Positions 36,271-50,660 of a stretch of DNA of 64,000 nucleotides are shown in pieces (the first letter of the stretch is position 1; each line of letters opens with the position of its first letter). This DNA is from Hydrolagus affinis (lineage: Eukaryota), in contig JAAILG010000217.1 in the NCBI GenBank assembly GCA_012026655.1, positions 1-64,000 on the forward strand, read 5' to 3'. The notes under the pieces were generated by a model that saw nothing but the letters and a program-made list of their open reading frames with translations, searched no databases and was not told the DNA's origin. Both the position numbers and the translations under genes were made by a program.

Positions 36271-39200
36271 TGATCGCTCATACATGGTATTCTAGCACAC
36301 GCATTGCTCCATTGGAAGAGAAAATTGGGAGAAATTACCTCAGAAGAGGAGGGGAGAAAATTGGTGGAGAAAAATTATTGGGGGATACAGGGTCCCATAA
36401 TTGACTGAGAAACATTAAATGGAGCATTGGGAGGGGAACTGGAATCGATTTGCACCTGTGTTTTTTGCAGTGATTCACGCTGTTGCTGAAACATTTGCTG
36501 AAGATTGTCAGCCGCAAAGCATTTTGCAGCACATAAAAAGTCACAGAAAAATCACAACATTTCACTGCAAAAAATGCAGCGTAAACACAGCACGTGCTAG
36601 AGGTCCAACATGCATCCTTCCCACTTCACACTGACACAGACCGTTCCCATTTCCCATTCAGCCAGGCCCACCAAGAACTGGGGTTCTGACTAGCTGCTCA
36701 TTGATAACCAGCTCAAGCTGCTCTTGGCAACAGCTGCACGATGCAAAACCGATACCAGGCAAATTATAAGCACCATCATGTGCACAGTCTCACACATTTA
36801 GCTTTCAATACCACACTCTGACATTCAGCACAGAAATGGAAATCCCTCACAATATCTGGTTATTTTCACAGGAAGGAAACACCTCCACTTTCCTTCTTTT
36901 AGAAGTCTGTCACATGGTGTAACAAAAACAGCTCCCAACGAATGTGCATTAACACAACGCAAGGGACATGCTAGAAGCGGTGCTTCTAATTTACTAGCGC
37001 TACAGATACCATCACATCTACAGGGACAGTGAACTTTCCAGATCACTTACCAAGGTTCAGAACAGAACAAGCCATTCGTTGTTTTGTTCCAATTCCCTTC
37101 CCCCTTCACTAAATGCATAAACTTTTACTGGTGTACAGCTACATGACAGTTGACGAGTACCTTATTCAAAGGAGCCATTCTTCCAATGTCACTCTAAACA
37201 GTGAGCATCGAATTATTCAACCACGGAGGGTGCCTTGATCCTGTCTGCATACACTTCCCAGCGGAATTGAATGGAACACTAATACTGCCTTGATGGTTGC
37301 CTGAAGAGTTCAGGCCAAGTGAAGCCAATTGCAACATCCCAACTGAGATCAGCTCCCACCAACTCAGGGTTTGATCATCCAGTTTGTGTAGTTTTAATGT
37401 TAATTTTATTGAGGTTCCGAACAACCAAGTGAGCAACCATTTATATCGAGATCTCATCTCCCAAAAGAGGAAACTGGGGTAAATTTTGCTATGTGTTAAT
37501 TAACACACAAGTTGACTAACATATACTTAGCATTTTAGCAATTTGTACGATATTTAACTCATCAACTTGTCCCAGGTATGCTGGAAGCAGATGTAGCCAT
37601 GCCCTTCGCCACCCTGATACTATTTTCAATAATCAAGAAGCTGGCTATGCCACACACCAGACATTCTCCCAACGTCTATTTTAATGGTTTATAGATCACA
37701 GCTCTGGGCTGTGGGTCGGTAGGATACCTGCTTTGTTAAGCTACAGTGGTCTCCCATCAGCTACCAGTTTGTTTCACTTCATTGAGGACCTTCATTGAGG
37801 TGGGTCAATTGATGAGTAATTTGGCTCCATAACGCAACCAATCTAGACCTCTATTAATAACACTGCTTTCATGACGACAATTAGATTTAAACATCTAACC
37901 CTCAAGGGACAGAGATACTTTTGTTTCTTGCAGCAAATCTGTCCTTTGGTATTTCTTGAACAACTATAAATTGTTTGTACAGGGTCTGAAATGATAAATG
38001 TCTCAACGTCATGAAATGGAGACCCAGCAACATACCACTAATGTAAACACAAGAGCATTCGTACACTGTAGTTTTGGGGTGTGACGCAGAGATGTTTGTG
38101 CAGCCTGCATCAGATTTACGTCACACTAACATTGCAGGTTTGGCATAAACAGAAGCTCTCCAGTGAGCTCCCTAACTTTAATTGTGAGCCTGGCTCTATT
38201 GGTCGCACTCTTGCTTCTGAATCAGAGGGTTCCGGTTTGAAGCCTGACATCAGGACTCTGAGCTCATTGTCTGACACTCCAATTCAATCCGGGCGGGAGA
38301 GGGATGGGGCAGGGACTACCTTACCTTACACTTTATTTACTGAGCTAAGGCAGTAGTTATGCTACTAACAAGAGGTTTGTCAACCACAAAGCTGCCATTT
38401 ATATCAACTGCATGTGTTTAAATCACTGCAGAATAAATGCAGCATCAAGTTCACATTCCTTTCCCACGCTGTAGGAAATCACACACACACATATCGGACA
38501 CTCTCCTCTCTGTTGTCATTCAAAGGCTTTGTTGTGTTATTTACAATTTGTTCTTGCTCTGTGCTATCCACAGATCCACAACTGATCTGTGCTAAAAACA
38601 GCCTCAGTCCTCAGAGGGTTAAATACTGAACTCATGATATACCTAATGTAATGCAAGCACAGGACATATTAGCTCACAGAGCACATGAACCAAGCACATT
38701 TTGTTTGCCCTCTTTCTCCTTGCATACATTATCTGATCAGGACTTCAGATTTCCTCTTCAGAATATCACAACCCAACAATCATAAACCTGAAGTGACATC
38801 TAACCCAAAGGCAAATGGTTTGCAAATATCGCGTTTTAGAACCCTTTGCAAACACAATCTATTTTGAAGGAGAGTTAACCTATTTCCCCCACCACAGAGG
38901 CATTTGTACTATCTTGCATTACACAGTACTTCGGGGAGGAGCAAGAAGTTAACTGCATTTTGTCAACACTTTGTAATTGATTACAAGGGATATTCACGAG
39001 AAAAGCCTGGGCTGACTAATGCTCCTCTTATTCTCCGAACCAAGGATTGGGAACTCATTGGGTGGAATTAGAAGCGAAACAACTTCCTGCCATTCCATAG
39101 CTCAATGTACTGGCTCCTAATTATAAAACAAAACGATGACGCCCAAATAATAAGAATAAAAATCCTTGCCATTGTTATAGCGCCTATAAAACTGCAAACG

Positions 39201-39920
39201 TCTCAAAGCACTACAAAGTTTCTGTAATGTGTAGTGACTGGTATTTATCGGCAAAGCTTCCTCAACCTGTGACTTTATTGCTTTATCCTCTAGATCAATT
39301 ACAGATTTTATTCAACGATTAACTCATTGCCCCCAAGGGAAATGGCGGTTAAGTCAACTGACCAGGGAAACCAGTTGGCATTCAAGTCCAGATTGTTTTG
39401 TTTATTCACTTGTTTGCGGTTTTGCTTTTTTTTTCTCGTGTCAGTGGAAAGTACCTAAAGAACCAGCAAGGAGAGGTGCAGAACACATGGTTGGGACTAC
39501 CTTGTAACTGAGTGATGTGACACAATAGTCAGCCACGTATCTCACAGATTAGACCACTTAAAGCACGTTCTCTCATTGTCACAGAACCCAAACTGTCCTG
39601 CTGATGTACAATCTTGTCAGACAATTATAAACAATTAAACAATCATCTGTGGGACTTTCCTAGAACCAGATTTACAGGAACCATCCCAATCATGTTAGTT
39701 GCTAGAACAACGAGAGACTAAACAGTACAATAGATAAAGCACGACTTCACTGTTAACTTATGATATTAGCTCAGCAAGCTGTACCTATGGGTCCTTTATA
39801 AAGGAACTTAAAGCTCTCAGGTCACTTACAAAACTATCCATCTTTAACTACATGCAGGATACACAGTGAGGTCCAATCTGTCGTATTTCTTAACAGAATT
39901 CCTTACATCTTAGGTCATAA

Positions 39921-40268
39921 GTCGTGTAGCTTACTGATGAGAGCTCTTGCCTCTCAAGCGAGAGGACCCGGGTTCAATTCCCAGGCTGAACAAAACGTTA
40001 GGCAAGTTTCCTTACTCCACATGTCTCTTTTCCCAGTACATAGTAGAAACCCAGTTGTTAGTGGATTGGCAGATTTCATTTCCGGAGTTAAAAATCTCTT
40101 AATTTTTTTTAAGATTGGTTGCTCAATTCACGACTGTTTGTTAGACACTGCTTTGCACAATTAGCTGTAGCATTTGGCCCACAAAATATACAATTCAATT
40201 CACAGTATATTTTGTGAAGTGTTTTGAGAAGTCTCAAACACATGATATCAAATGCAAGAATTATTATC
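39921..40268 (+). mobile_element. Full-length tRNA-SINE, longer (older) subfamily
   Basis: gtgtagctta...ggttcaattccc head; extra ~70-bp segment at about 40022-40090 absent from young copies. Confidence 0.8.
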
Positions 40269-41094
40269 ATGTAGTAACCTGTAAAAGAATTGTCTTGAAA
40301 TTCAAGATCAGCACTGAAAACTATTAATTCAGTTTTTAATTTGAAATTCTGGCTTCCACAGTAATGAAAAAGTTATAGCTTTTGAATTACTGTATAACAA
40401 ATTTATTTTCCACAAATTTTCTTCACATTCAAACATTTTATAACAATATTTTTAACGCCGAGCTAAGACGAGGTAGATTTTCAAGGTGCCCACGTGCGCT
40501 TTCCAGTGTTGTTATATCCATGAATAAATTGAATAATCCTTACATTTGGTATTGTGCCTTTCACATCAGGAAGACAGATATCCCAAAGCACTTCACAGGA
40601 TATCCTGTAAGGTGTAGCAGTTATTCTGTGTTTTGTGGGTGAATGCAGCAAAAATTTGCTCAGAGCAATGACCCACACACATACAGTTGTGAAGTGAATG
40701 AGCATATTTATTTGAAGGATGAGATAAAGCAGGGTAGATTTAGTAGATTCGAGGAAAGGGATAGGGGATTGTTGACCAGGAGAATCTCTTCTCTTTTTGA
40801 ATGGGATTGTTAATGTCCACCTGATTGCACAGACAGGCCCTTGGTTTAATGTCTTATTTGAAGTAAAGTACCAACTGAGCCAGCTCATGAGCTCACCTGT
40901 GATGTCCAGTAAGGGTAGTGACTTCTCAAACATACTTAGTGCTCCTGCTCCTTGTTGCTAGTTTTTAATGTTAATTATTGAATTTTATATTGAAAGAAAG
41001 TGAACAAGATCTGCATCAGAAATTATGAAAATAACAATGGTGGAGAGGAGTGCGCTTTCCATTCCAAACAAGGGAATTCCCAAATATTGGTGGG

Positions 41095-41280
41095 ACAGAA
41101 TCATAGAGCATTACCAGCAGAGAAGGAGGCCATTCAGCTTATCATTCCTGTGCTGGATCTCTGGATGAGCTTCCCAATCAGTCCCACTCCAGTGCTCTTT
41201 CCCCATACCCCAGCATATATTTCCTTGTCAAATACCTATCCAATTTCCTTTTGAAAGTAGTTGTTGAACTTGTTTCCACC
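41095..41280 (-). mobile_element. CR1 LINE 3' end fragment
   Basis: acagaatcatagagcatt...gaaggaggccattcagc...ctatccaatttccttttgaaag, typical antisense CR1 3' terminus. Confidence 0.7.
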
Positions 41281-42589
41281 ATATATGGAGCTCTAGGTTT
41301 GGTTTGGAAACAACAAACTTTGAGTTATATAGCGCCCTCCACGCCGTACGGTGTCTCAGAGCGGTTCGATAGGCTTAGCATTGTGATGGGTTTCCACATG
41401 TCTCAGACACCACGAATAAAAATCACACTTCTAAGGTAGCTATGATTTCACAACCTCTCAAAGAGCTTTACTCACGGTCATGGTTAGCAACTAATAAAGA
41501 AGTTACGACTAGGGAGGAAAATCAGGCAGCTGTAGAACATGGCAGAAAGTGACAACAGGAAGGCATGAGAAATCAATACTGCAAAGGCTTCAGCTCATTC
41601 TCCTCTCTACCATTTCAAGTAGATTTTAAGGAATACCGAACACTATTCAAATAAATGTGTAATATCTCTTCAAATCATTTAAAAATAATAATAATAATTT
41701 AGTCACTCAACCCACAACTGTGTGTCAACTGTGTGGACACTACCGTGCAAAATTCCCTGCCGTGCTTCATCCATAAAATACACAGTTACGACACCTTACC
41801 TGTGAAGCGGTTTGAGATGTCTCGAAGATTGTTAAGGCACAGTATCAAATGCAAAGGTTATTATTTTTATTAAGTTCATTTTTAAGCAGCTTGTAGGATA
41901 CAGCAGAATTTACCCTGCATGTTCCATAACAGGTGAGAACAGATAAAAATATTCGACTGATATACCTGGATGAATATATGAATTGCTCTGTTTATTTAGT
42001 GTGTTCCAAGTCTCCGTGCCTTCCTAGCACTATTTGTTTGACATGGTCCTTTTTCGCAGTGTGTTTGTTTTCTTGTCACAAATTTTATGCCTCACATACA
42101 GTATTGTTTGATTGTAACAGTGCACTCCTTGGGTTAATTGTGGCACATGGATGAATAAAAAATGTTGCCCTGGATCTGGCATGCGCCCATTCCCAAACTG
42201 AGTTCAGACACCGTCCTGTTCCCCAGAACTGATATTGTTGGTCTCAGTGAAAAGCTAAACAAATGTAACTAATGGTGACGGAATATGGGGACATATGCAT
42301 ATGTGATTTGCATATTAGCAAGTATAATGTGTACAACTGCAATAAAGTCTTTCAAGATGATGCCCAAACTGGAATCTCATGGTACAAATACTAAATTAAT
42401 CTAATGTTGCAGAGTAAATATTAGTTTTAGATCTCACTTTGGGCTTATAATATCTACCAACCCTGAAGGGAGGATAACAGGACATCATGAAATGTTTCCA
42501 AAGAAATGTGCCTTATCATAGAAATTTATAGCAAAAGAAGGTTATTTAGTACATCATGTCTGTGCTGACTCTTTGGAAGGGCAATTCCA

Positions 42590-44185
42590 ATATAAACCAA
42601 AAGATTTGAATGAAGATGACGGGAGAATTTTTTTCTCTGGTTGAAACCAGTGTCCAGCCATCAACAACAAAAATAACTATTAAGGATAACGGGAAACGCA
42701 GAGTTGAACGAAGAATGAGCAAAGAAGAGGGGAGATGGCTTCTCCCCAAAACACAAGCAACAGCTGCCGAGATTGAGATTACTGATGGATACACTGAGGG
42801 CTTGGCACATTGTGAATACACCTGTCGAGGAGCTGCATCAGCCCTGCGTGAGGGACTGGATGGGAAACTACATCAAGGCAATGAAGAGCTGCCAAAAGCA
42901 GACACCCTCAGGCAAATCTATGTTCCAAAGCTGCGAAAATGGAATGGCAGAGCTTCGCACAGCTGTGCAAGGGAAGGTGTCAGCAGTTGTGAGCAGTAAA
43001 GGACAGATGTAAAAGACTGTTGCATTCTGAAAATGTTTTTGTTTTCGACTGGACAGAGGAGAGGCAGATTTTGCCACCACGACTGAGTTTCCAGCAGTGG
43101 CCTAAGCAATGGTGGCTCAAGCCTATCTGAAGAATGGTTCATAATCACAACGTTGAGATCATGAACATTGTTGCTTTTGTCAACAACTGTGCTCTCTGCA
43201 TGATAAACGTGCTGCGATCAAGCAGCTCTAAAAGCGGGAATGCTGCTTGCTGGTCACTCACTGGAGGAGATGTGTGGCTCAACACCTATTAAGACACTGA
43301 GTGAATGGGTTTCACTGGCAAAATATGAGTTTCCACAACACGCCAAAGCGCAGGTTTCATTATTGGTTCAGGAGATTTGCTAGAAGGAGTTGGTTGCTCT
43401 GCTGCAGTTCTCAGAAGCAGTACGGTACCATTCCACACTTGTCATACTTCTAGCTCTTTCTCATCATCTTGACGTGCAAAACCAGATTACGAACTCCAGT
43501 CGTAGAAGTCCTAGAACTCAGCGTAAGGTCTGTCTGGCAGCTGCGCCGTGTGGATACCCTGACCTCATCAGACACACTTTGAGCTGCTAACTTTCCCAGC
43601 TTTCCTTCAAAATCAAATGTTTGACAGCTCAAAGGGAAATGTGTCTGAAAGGAAAATCAAAGGCTTCACAACAAATTAAAGGAAAAAGTGATAAATCAAA
43701 AGCCCCACTGCTGATCTACCTTAAGGCCATTGCAGAACGATTCTCAGATGCAGTTAGTTTGATTATTGGAGATGAATCACAAAGCTGCTCTGTAATGAAC
43801 CTGGCAAGGTCGTCTTCACAACAATTCTGTTTTCTGCAATAGCCTTAAGGTAATGAGCTGTGACAGGGCCGACCCAACACATTAGTAGGTGCTGGATGTG
43901 TTTGCAAATCATGTGTCCAAACGAGCTTTAGGAAGTGGGCCAGGCTTAAGAATCCACTTTCTGATCCACTACAATAAAAGTTTGGATACCCATGTTCTAA
44001 ACACAACACCATTTTGGCTGCTTGTAGAAATGGAACCTCAAATTGAGAGACCCCTTTCTGGATAGTCCAGCAAAGCAAAAACTTACGCAAGGATACAACA
44101 AGCAGAACAAATAATAACTCATAACTGAATCTCAGGAAAATGCAGAAATTCACACTCTGAGAGAACCACAGCAATGTTTTTCTAA
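42590..44185 (+). pseudogene. Decayed CGGBP1-related hAT DNA-transposase fossil
   Basis: Frameshifted fragments in order: KDLNEDDGRIFF (cf. CGGBP1 ELHEDGGKLFC), NTPVEELHQPCVRDWM, ELPKADTLRQIYVPKL, NVEIMNIVAFVNN, FSEAVRYH, CRNSHSERTTAMFF. Many stops; TIRs not found. Confidence 0.7.
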
Positions 44186-46388
44186 TTGAATTCTGTTCTG
44201 ACATTAATTAGCTCATTAAGTTAACACTTCATTTAAGTTAATATTATTGAAACACCATTAAGAGGCCCCAGAGCTCACATAACAATAAAAAAATATTCCT
44301 TACATAGCACTTTTCATGTCAGGAGAATGTCTCAAAGCACCTCACAGGATTTCCTGAAATGTTTGTAGTGATTGTGTATTTTGTAGGCAAAAAAAAAGCA
44401 TCAAACTAAGAGCACAGATCCTTAATGCCCATCCTTTGATTTTCTTTAGAAAACTCATCAGCCTCTGGTGGCAAACAAATTTGTCACAATATCTGAATGA
44501 GCTTTCATTAAAAATATCAAATTGTAGCATTTAGAAAAATGCTAGTGCTATAAAAGTTCAGAAGAGGTATAATTCATTTGAAATTTGGAGGAAGACTGAA
44601 ATGGCTCCAACTCAAATGAATCTACACATACTACTGTATTTTATACATATATAAAAAGAAAAAGCTGCAAATGTTTTAGATGACAAAAATTATGCATCTG
44701 GATTTTCCCTAGATGGCTTGACAGTAAGTAAACCACAAAACACCCAGAAGGTTTAAGTGACACGAATAATGAACGTTTCTGAAGTCATTTCTGTTTTCCA
44801 AATCTGTAATGAAATCTACTTATCTCATCCTGGTAACCACTTAACTTTTGATCAGAGCATTTAGCTAAAACCATCCAACTTGTGAATTTTCACAATCTCT
44901 CAGTATACGCTTCCTCCCAATGATTGAATGGATAAACGCCTGAAGAGGTGTGTCTGTGCCATTAACTCATCTCTGGGTTCTTGTGACGACTGCCCCAGAC
45001 TAGCCTCTACCAAAGACCTAACAAACACCACCATGAAACAAGACATGGACTATTTAACAGTGCAATTCAACTGACTGAAATAGTCACAGAATATTTCCCC
45101 GTGGAAACAAAACATTTGCTACTAGTGTTTCTCTCCACATAACCCACCTTATTTAATCCCACTTTCCTTCTCACTTCCCAAACCTTTAATATTCTTCTGT
45201 TTCAAGCATCTAGCTAATTTTCCAAGCATTCACCTGCAAAATGCACTATCACAAATACTTACAATAATATCCTATGAAATGCTTTCAAAGGTCCTCCCTC
45301 CATGAAAGGCGTTATGTCAAATGTATTTTATTATTTCTTATTTTATTTGATGTCTAGACTGGCTGTTGGGATCTTGGACTTGGCCATTACTGAGAGCCTG
45401 GTCCACCTCAGTCACTGTAAGAAGAATAAGGTATAAACCACTTTCAGTGATATATCATCTCAGCTCATTGGTTCGTCTTCCCAACTTTAAAGGCACTTTA
45501 CAAATGTAATTTTATAGTGTATTGTATCTCACAATCTTCCTACAATCCCAGGCCAAAACTGCCCGATTCCCTTTTTAAATAATTTATGGATTTGGCTTCA
45601 GTATCTGTTTGCATCACGAGATCCCCACATTCTCTTACTGTGCGCGAAGAGCTTTTGGAGAACACTTTGTTGTTTTACCCCCTGGTCTAGAAGTGTTTCA
45701 ACACCTCTTTCAGTGAAGCAGCCAATATTATTCTAACTCCTATGAAGGCGTTCTTCCCTGCTCATCTGATCTGGAACTACATACCGGTTCAATGCTATTT
45801 GACCTTGTGCTTTGTCAATCTGATAATTTTAGTCAGTCTGAAGGATGAGTCTGAGCCAATGTTATCTCATAATTCGCTATGGGAATTGGGAAATGTAAAT
45901 CTGATAATTTTCCTGCCGCTCCAGCTGACATTCCTTCTGATATTTATGTGAATTTTTTTGATCGCTAGTTCTTAAGAGTTCTGTTGCTTTCTCTCCTAAA
46001 GATATTGCTGACCTCTTTCACTCACTTTCCTCCTCTGATTCTTATTCCAATGAACATTGGCAAAGAACCCCTTTCCCTTGTTCCAATCAGCTCTATAGCT
46101 AGGATAACTGACCAACCTTTAACTCCAGTTTTTCTATCAGAACCTCCACTCCCTAACCTCAAATAAGCTTATTGTTTCCATGTTATCCCTCATATTATCT
46201 TCCAAGAGATCCGATTGCGAACTTGTTTTTCCTTCTGCTGAAATATATTTCAACAAACACTCCAGTCTCTTCCCCAAGTGATCATTATTATGTGTTAGCC
46301 TTCACTGTAAGGGATGGCAGACTGTTTGACTGTAGTTAAGTCACATCCAAATCTAACCTGATACCCATATACATGCATCTTCTCTTTG

Positions 46389-46707
46389 AATAATAATAAT
46401 CCTTGCATTTTGATATCGCGCTTTTCACATCTTCTAGACTTCTCAAAGCGCCTCACAGAATTTACTATAAAGTGAACTGACTGTATATTTGTGGGCGAAC
46501 ACGGCAGCCAATTGCACACAGCAGTGTCCCACAAACAGTCGTGGATTGAAATGACCTATTTATTATAGTTTTTTTTTTGATGGATCATTATTAGGCCTGT
46601 GGAGTAAGGAAACTAGCCCAAGGTTTCGCTCTGACCCATCTGGATTCGAAACACAGGTCTCACACTTGTAAGGCGAGTGCTCTAACCACTGAGCTACAGG
46701 ATTCCAC
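46389..46707 (-). mobile_element. Full-length young tRNA-SINE
   Basis: Antisense head (ctctaaccactgagctacaggattccac), B box ggattcgaaac, (aat)n tail. Confidence 0.92.
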
Positions 46708-46754
46708 AAGCTGAATACTATATTAAGTTCTAAACTCTGTACCTTCATCACACC

Positions 46755-47183
46755 AGTCCAAGCCAGGCTCCCTATCACTAACAGGATCGATTTCCAGATT
46801 CTCACACTTGTTTTCATATCCCTTCATGCCCTGGCATCTCCCTACCTCTCCAACTTGCTTACCCCCCAAACCCACAACCCACTGCTTCTGATCGACTGGC
46901 TTCGGCCTTCTGCATGTCCCTCATGCCTTCCGATCCATCATTGGTGATCATACTTTCAGCCATTACGTCCCAAAACTCTAGAAAAGTCTTCCTCTATCCT
47001 ACCACCTTGCCCCTCTTCCTTCCCCATCTGCAGAGTGTGCCTGAAGCCCTTCCAATTTGAAAGTGCCTACGATCACTCCATCTCCCCTACCCCACTGCTC
47101 GGTATCATGCTCCACCACTGTCAAATGTTCTGGGACACTACCCTGTGTGAGGCACACTATTTAAATGCAAGTAGTTGTTGTTG
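46755..47183 (+). mobile_element. L2 LINE 3' end
   Basis: ggctccctatcactaacaggatcgatttccagattctcacacttgttttc...aaatgcaagtagttgttgtt. Confidence 0.75.
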
Positions 47184-47827
47184 AATGGGAACCCTGCCTT
47201 ATATTTTCCTTGTTAACCTGGAGACCTTAATTGTAATTGAGCTAAATGCTGCTCCAGCTGAGATCAAGTAAGTCTATACAGTTGTGGTTATGAAGTCTGT
47301 GACATGTAGGTCTGTGGGACTTAATATTGTCACTAAGGAAGGAAAGAGGTCTTAACATTTTTAAAAAAACCTCAAGTACTGTAATTAGAAGATCTTTTTG
47401 ATGCTCACGGTATAACAGAGCTGAGCTGAGTGTAGAAGAGGTTGTGTAAGGCAGTCAGACATGCTGCGTGCAAGTCAGCTATAACTCTATAAACACAACA
47501 ATAAGTACTACCACCAAGCACACCTAAGTTACACAGTGCAATACTTGTCCAGCTAGCCAACAACTTGGACATCCAGGTTGTATTGATGAGCCAGACAGAC
47601 GGATGAATCACCAAGGTGTAGGATTACCAGGGGCCTTTGCCAGGTGTGTCTTCTTAGAGCCAGTTCCAGCCCAAGGTTTGATCATACCCTGTAACTTCAA
47701 TATGGATGTTATTTTGAGCCCACCATTGAACGCTGTGTCAGTGAGAGTTAAGTACTGTAATACCTATTAACCACACCCGATTCAGGATGTGCTACTCACC
47801 CAACCAATCTTATCAGTGCCTTCAAGA

Positions 47828-47927
47828 NNNNNNNNNNNNNNNNNNNNNNNNNNNNNNNNNNNNNNNNNNNNNNNNNNNNNNNNNNNNNNNNNNNNNNNNN
47901 NNNNNNNNNNNNNNNNNNNNNNNNNNN
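47828..47927. other. Assembly gap (100 N)
   Basis: N run. Confidence 1.
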
Positions 47928-47995
47928 GGCATTGTGAGGGAGGGAGGGAGGGAGGGAGGGAGGGAGCGAGGTTAATTTATGACATTTCTAAATGT

Positions 47996-48309
47996 ATAAT
48001 AAAAATCCTTGCATTTGATAAACCGCCTTATCATGTCTTCTAGACATCTCAAAGCGCTTCACAGAATATACTGTAAAGTGAATTGACTGTATATTTTTGT
48101 GGGCAAAACACAGTAGCCAATTACTCACAGCAGTGTCCCATAAACAGTGTGGGTTGAAATGACCAGTTTTTTAAATTATTTTTGTTGAGGGATTATTATC
48201 AGGCATGTGGAGTAAGGAAACATGCCTAAGGTTTCACCCTGCCTGGAATCAAACCTAGGTCTCTCACTTGTAAGGCGAGAGCTCTAACCACTGAGCTACA
48301 GGACTCCAC
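47996..48309 (-). mobile_element. Full-length young tRNA-SINE
   Basis: Same structure as 46389-46707. Confidence 0.92.
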
Positions 48310-50124
48310 ATTGTCCTGCAAAATTGATTTGTGAACCGGGAATCCTGCCAATACCCAGATTTAACTGAAGCTAGACCTATGTCGCTCTGTGCAAACACCA
48401 ATCTCCTGCCAGGTGCCAGAAGCTTCCTTTGGCTGAAGTTTTGTAGAAATTAGATAAATAAATGTACTCGGTACCTCCTGAAGGTTTCTGCTTATATCTG
48501 ATTCCTGCATCATAATAAAACGCTGCATCAAATGCAAGAATCATCATCACCTTAGGTATAAAAGTAATGGTACAAAATGGGTACTAACAGTCATTTTTTG
48601 GGCAGATTTATGTGATGGGTCTTTGTATTGATAGCACAGCAGCACTAGATTTTAAAAAAAACCTTGATGTTCGAATCTTTACAAATGCCATAAATTCAAC
48701 CAAGGAAAGCTGTATTGATATTGATATAGATATTTATTAATTTTTGAACACACAACATTAACTTACAATACATGGTGATTTGTATCTTCCATATCAAGAA
48801 GCATATCACATACATCATGCAGACAGATCATTTGTCTTCACTCATTTTTTCCTCTCACCTTCCTCTCCAGAAAGCATTTAACTTGATTTTTCTTTCCATT
48901 GAAGCTGTGGTTCCTTGGTGTCAGTCAATCTTCGTGTATGTCAGTGAGTGTCATTGGGGTGATCCTAAAGTACTACTACACACACATCTCTTGTGTGGAT
49001 TCCTTTACAGTGATCAGGAATGGAAATATGAGCTGATTATCCTCTCCCCAAGCCAGGGTACTGAGGCTAGTTGCAGCATTACTATTCTTGACCTGGCCAG
49101 ACCAAGAGTCTAGGTTTCAGACCTAGGACCTAACTGGTTCATACATAGATTCCCTGAGCTTTTGGACAAACTTTACCAATAGATGGATCCAACAAGAACA
49201 ATAATATAATGATATTTGTATAGCGCATTTCCCATCGGGAGGCAGAAAGTGAAGCAAATGTGTGCACTGCACTGCTTTGAATATTCCTTTTTTTCAGTAA
49301 ATAGCATTTAAATAACAGTGTTATTGCTGTGTTAGCACAGTAAACTGATTGATACATCAATTATTTTAGGGAGATGTGTAATTTCTGTAAGAAAATAGGG
49401 ATAAAAACAATTCGGCCTCTGTTTAAAAAATATAACAAGAGTCTGTTCATTTCGGTGTCTTTGCCATTTTCATTACATGTCACTGCTGGCAATGGCTGAC
49501 CTCGGCAAATCTGACAGTAAACATAAACAAAAGAACAGCAACAACAGCAGCACGCCAACCACCTCCATCATCGGCTTCTGTTCTCACAGTAGACATCTGA
49601 CGTACACCCAGTTCCAGATTAAATATCATGCCGTGCCTGGGCTGCACAGTTTCAAACAACACAACCACTTCCTCACCTCAGCCACTGGCTTTAGATCTCA
49701 TTGTACCCAATCCATTCTGTTTCATTGCACACTCCAGTTCCACGCACCAACACTCAGGTTAAGCACTGTGTCGCATTCAACCTGAGATTAACTCTTCAAA
49801 TTCACTTCTGTTTCACTGACCAAACCCAATCTTGCCATTATTTAACAGACAGGTGGGTGGGGGTTGACAAATGTGGTATGCGATGAACTAATTGTGAGTC
49901 AGGCCTTTATCCCAAGAAAGGAACGTCATTCTCCGCAACTGTCAATGACCCTGGCAGATTCAGGTCAAAGCATTGTGCTGAAGGTGGTGGGGGTTGAAAA
50001 GAGAAGAGGGAGAGCAGAAGGAGCTAGAGGGTGTTCAAATCCGAAACCATTTGGTAACTGAAGTTTGTAGTAATTATCATGGTGATATGTATTGCGTCAC
50101 CTGTGGCATTTTTCACCCCGTTGA

Positions 50125-50660
50125 CAACAAAAACACTTGTAAAGCGCCTTTCATGTCAGGAGGATGTCCCAAGGCATTGGACAGTCAATGTTTCAGACCC
50201 GAACTGGGGTCGGGGATGTTGGAGGAAAACGGAGGAATTTGGGGTGTCTAATGGGGCTGTTGTTTGATGGAATTCTACAAGTTAGGGTAGAGTTGTTGAA
50301 GGCTCGACTGCCAACGGTGGGGAGGGTGGGTTAGGGGAGATGGAGCAGGATGGAGCCCACTGAGCAGAGGGGGTGGGCAGGTTGGTAAGAGGTTAGGAGG
50401 TCGCAGAGGTAGGGTGGGATGAGGCTTTGAAGGTGAGGACCAGGATCTTGAATTGAATCCTTGGGTGATGGGGAGCCAATGGAGTCGGGTGAGGATGAGG
50501 GAGATGGGGTCATGGAGCTTGGAGAAGCAGAGGACACAGGCCGCAGAGTTCCGGATTATCTGCAGACTATGGAGGAGGAATTGGGAAGGCCAACAAGCAG
50601 GGTGTCGGCTCAGTCACGCCTGGATGTCATGTATGCATGAATGAGGGTTTCAGCGGCCCG
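50125..50660 (-). mobile_element. L2 LINE 3' end
   Basis: Antisense ggtgaggaccaggatcttgaattgaatc...ggagccaatggagt matches 63834-63890; tail aaagcgcctttcatgtcaggaggatgtccc. Confidence 0.85.

Noticed and set aside
49480-49668. Small hydrophobic minus-strand ORF (...WRAAVVAVLLFMFTVRF...)
   Set aside because: Hydrophobicity derives from a (tgc/tgt)n-like low-complexity tract; no recognisable homology or convincing splice partners
49630-49680. let-7-like sequence on minus strand (tgaggaagtggttgtgttgtt)
   Set aside because: Seed mismatch and a deletion relative to let-7, with only a ~12-bp wobble-rich stem and 3-nt loop; better explained as an ETS-RUNX motif
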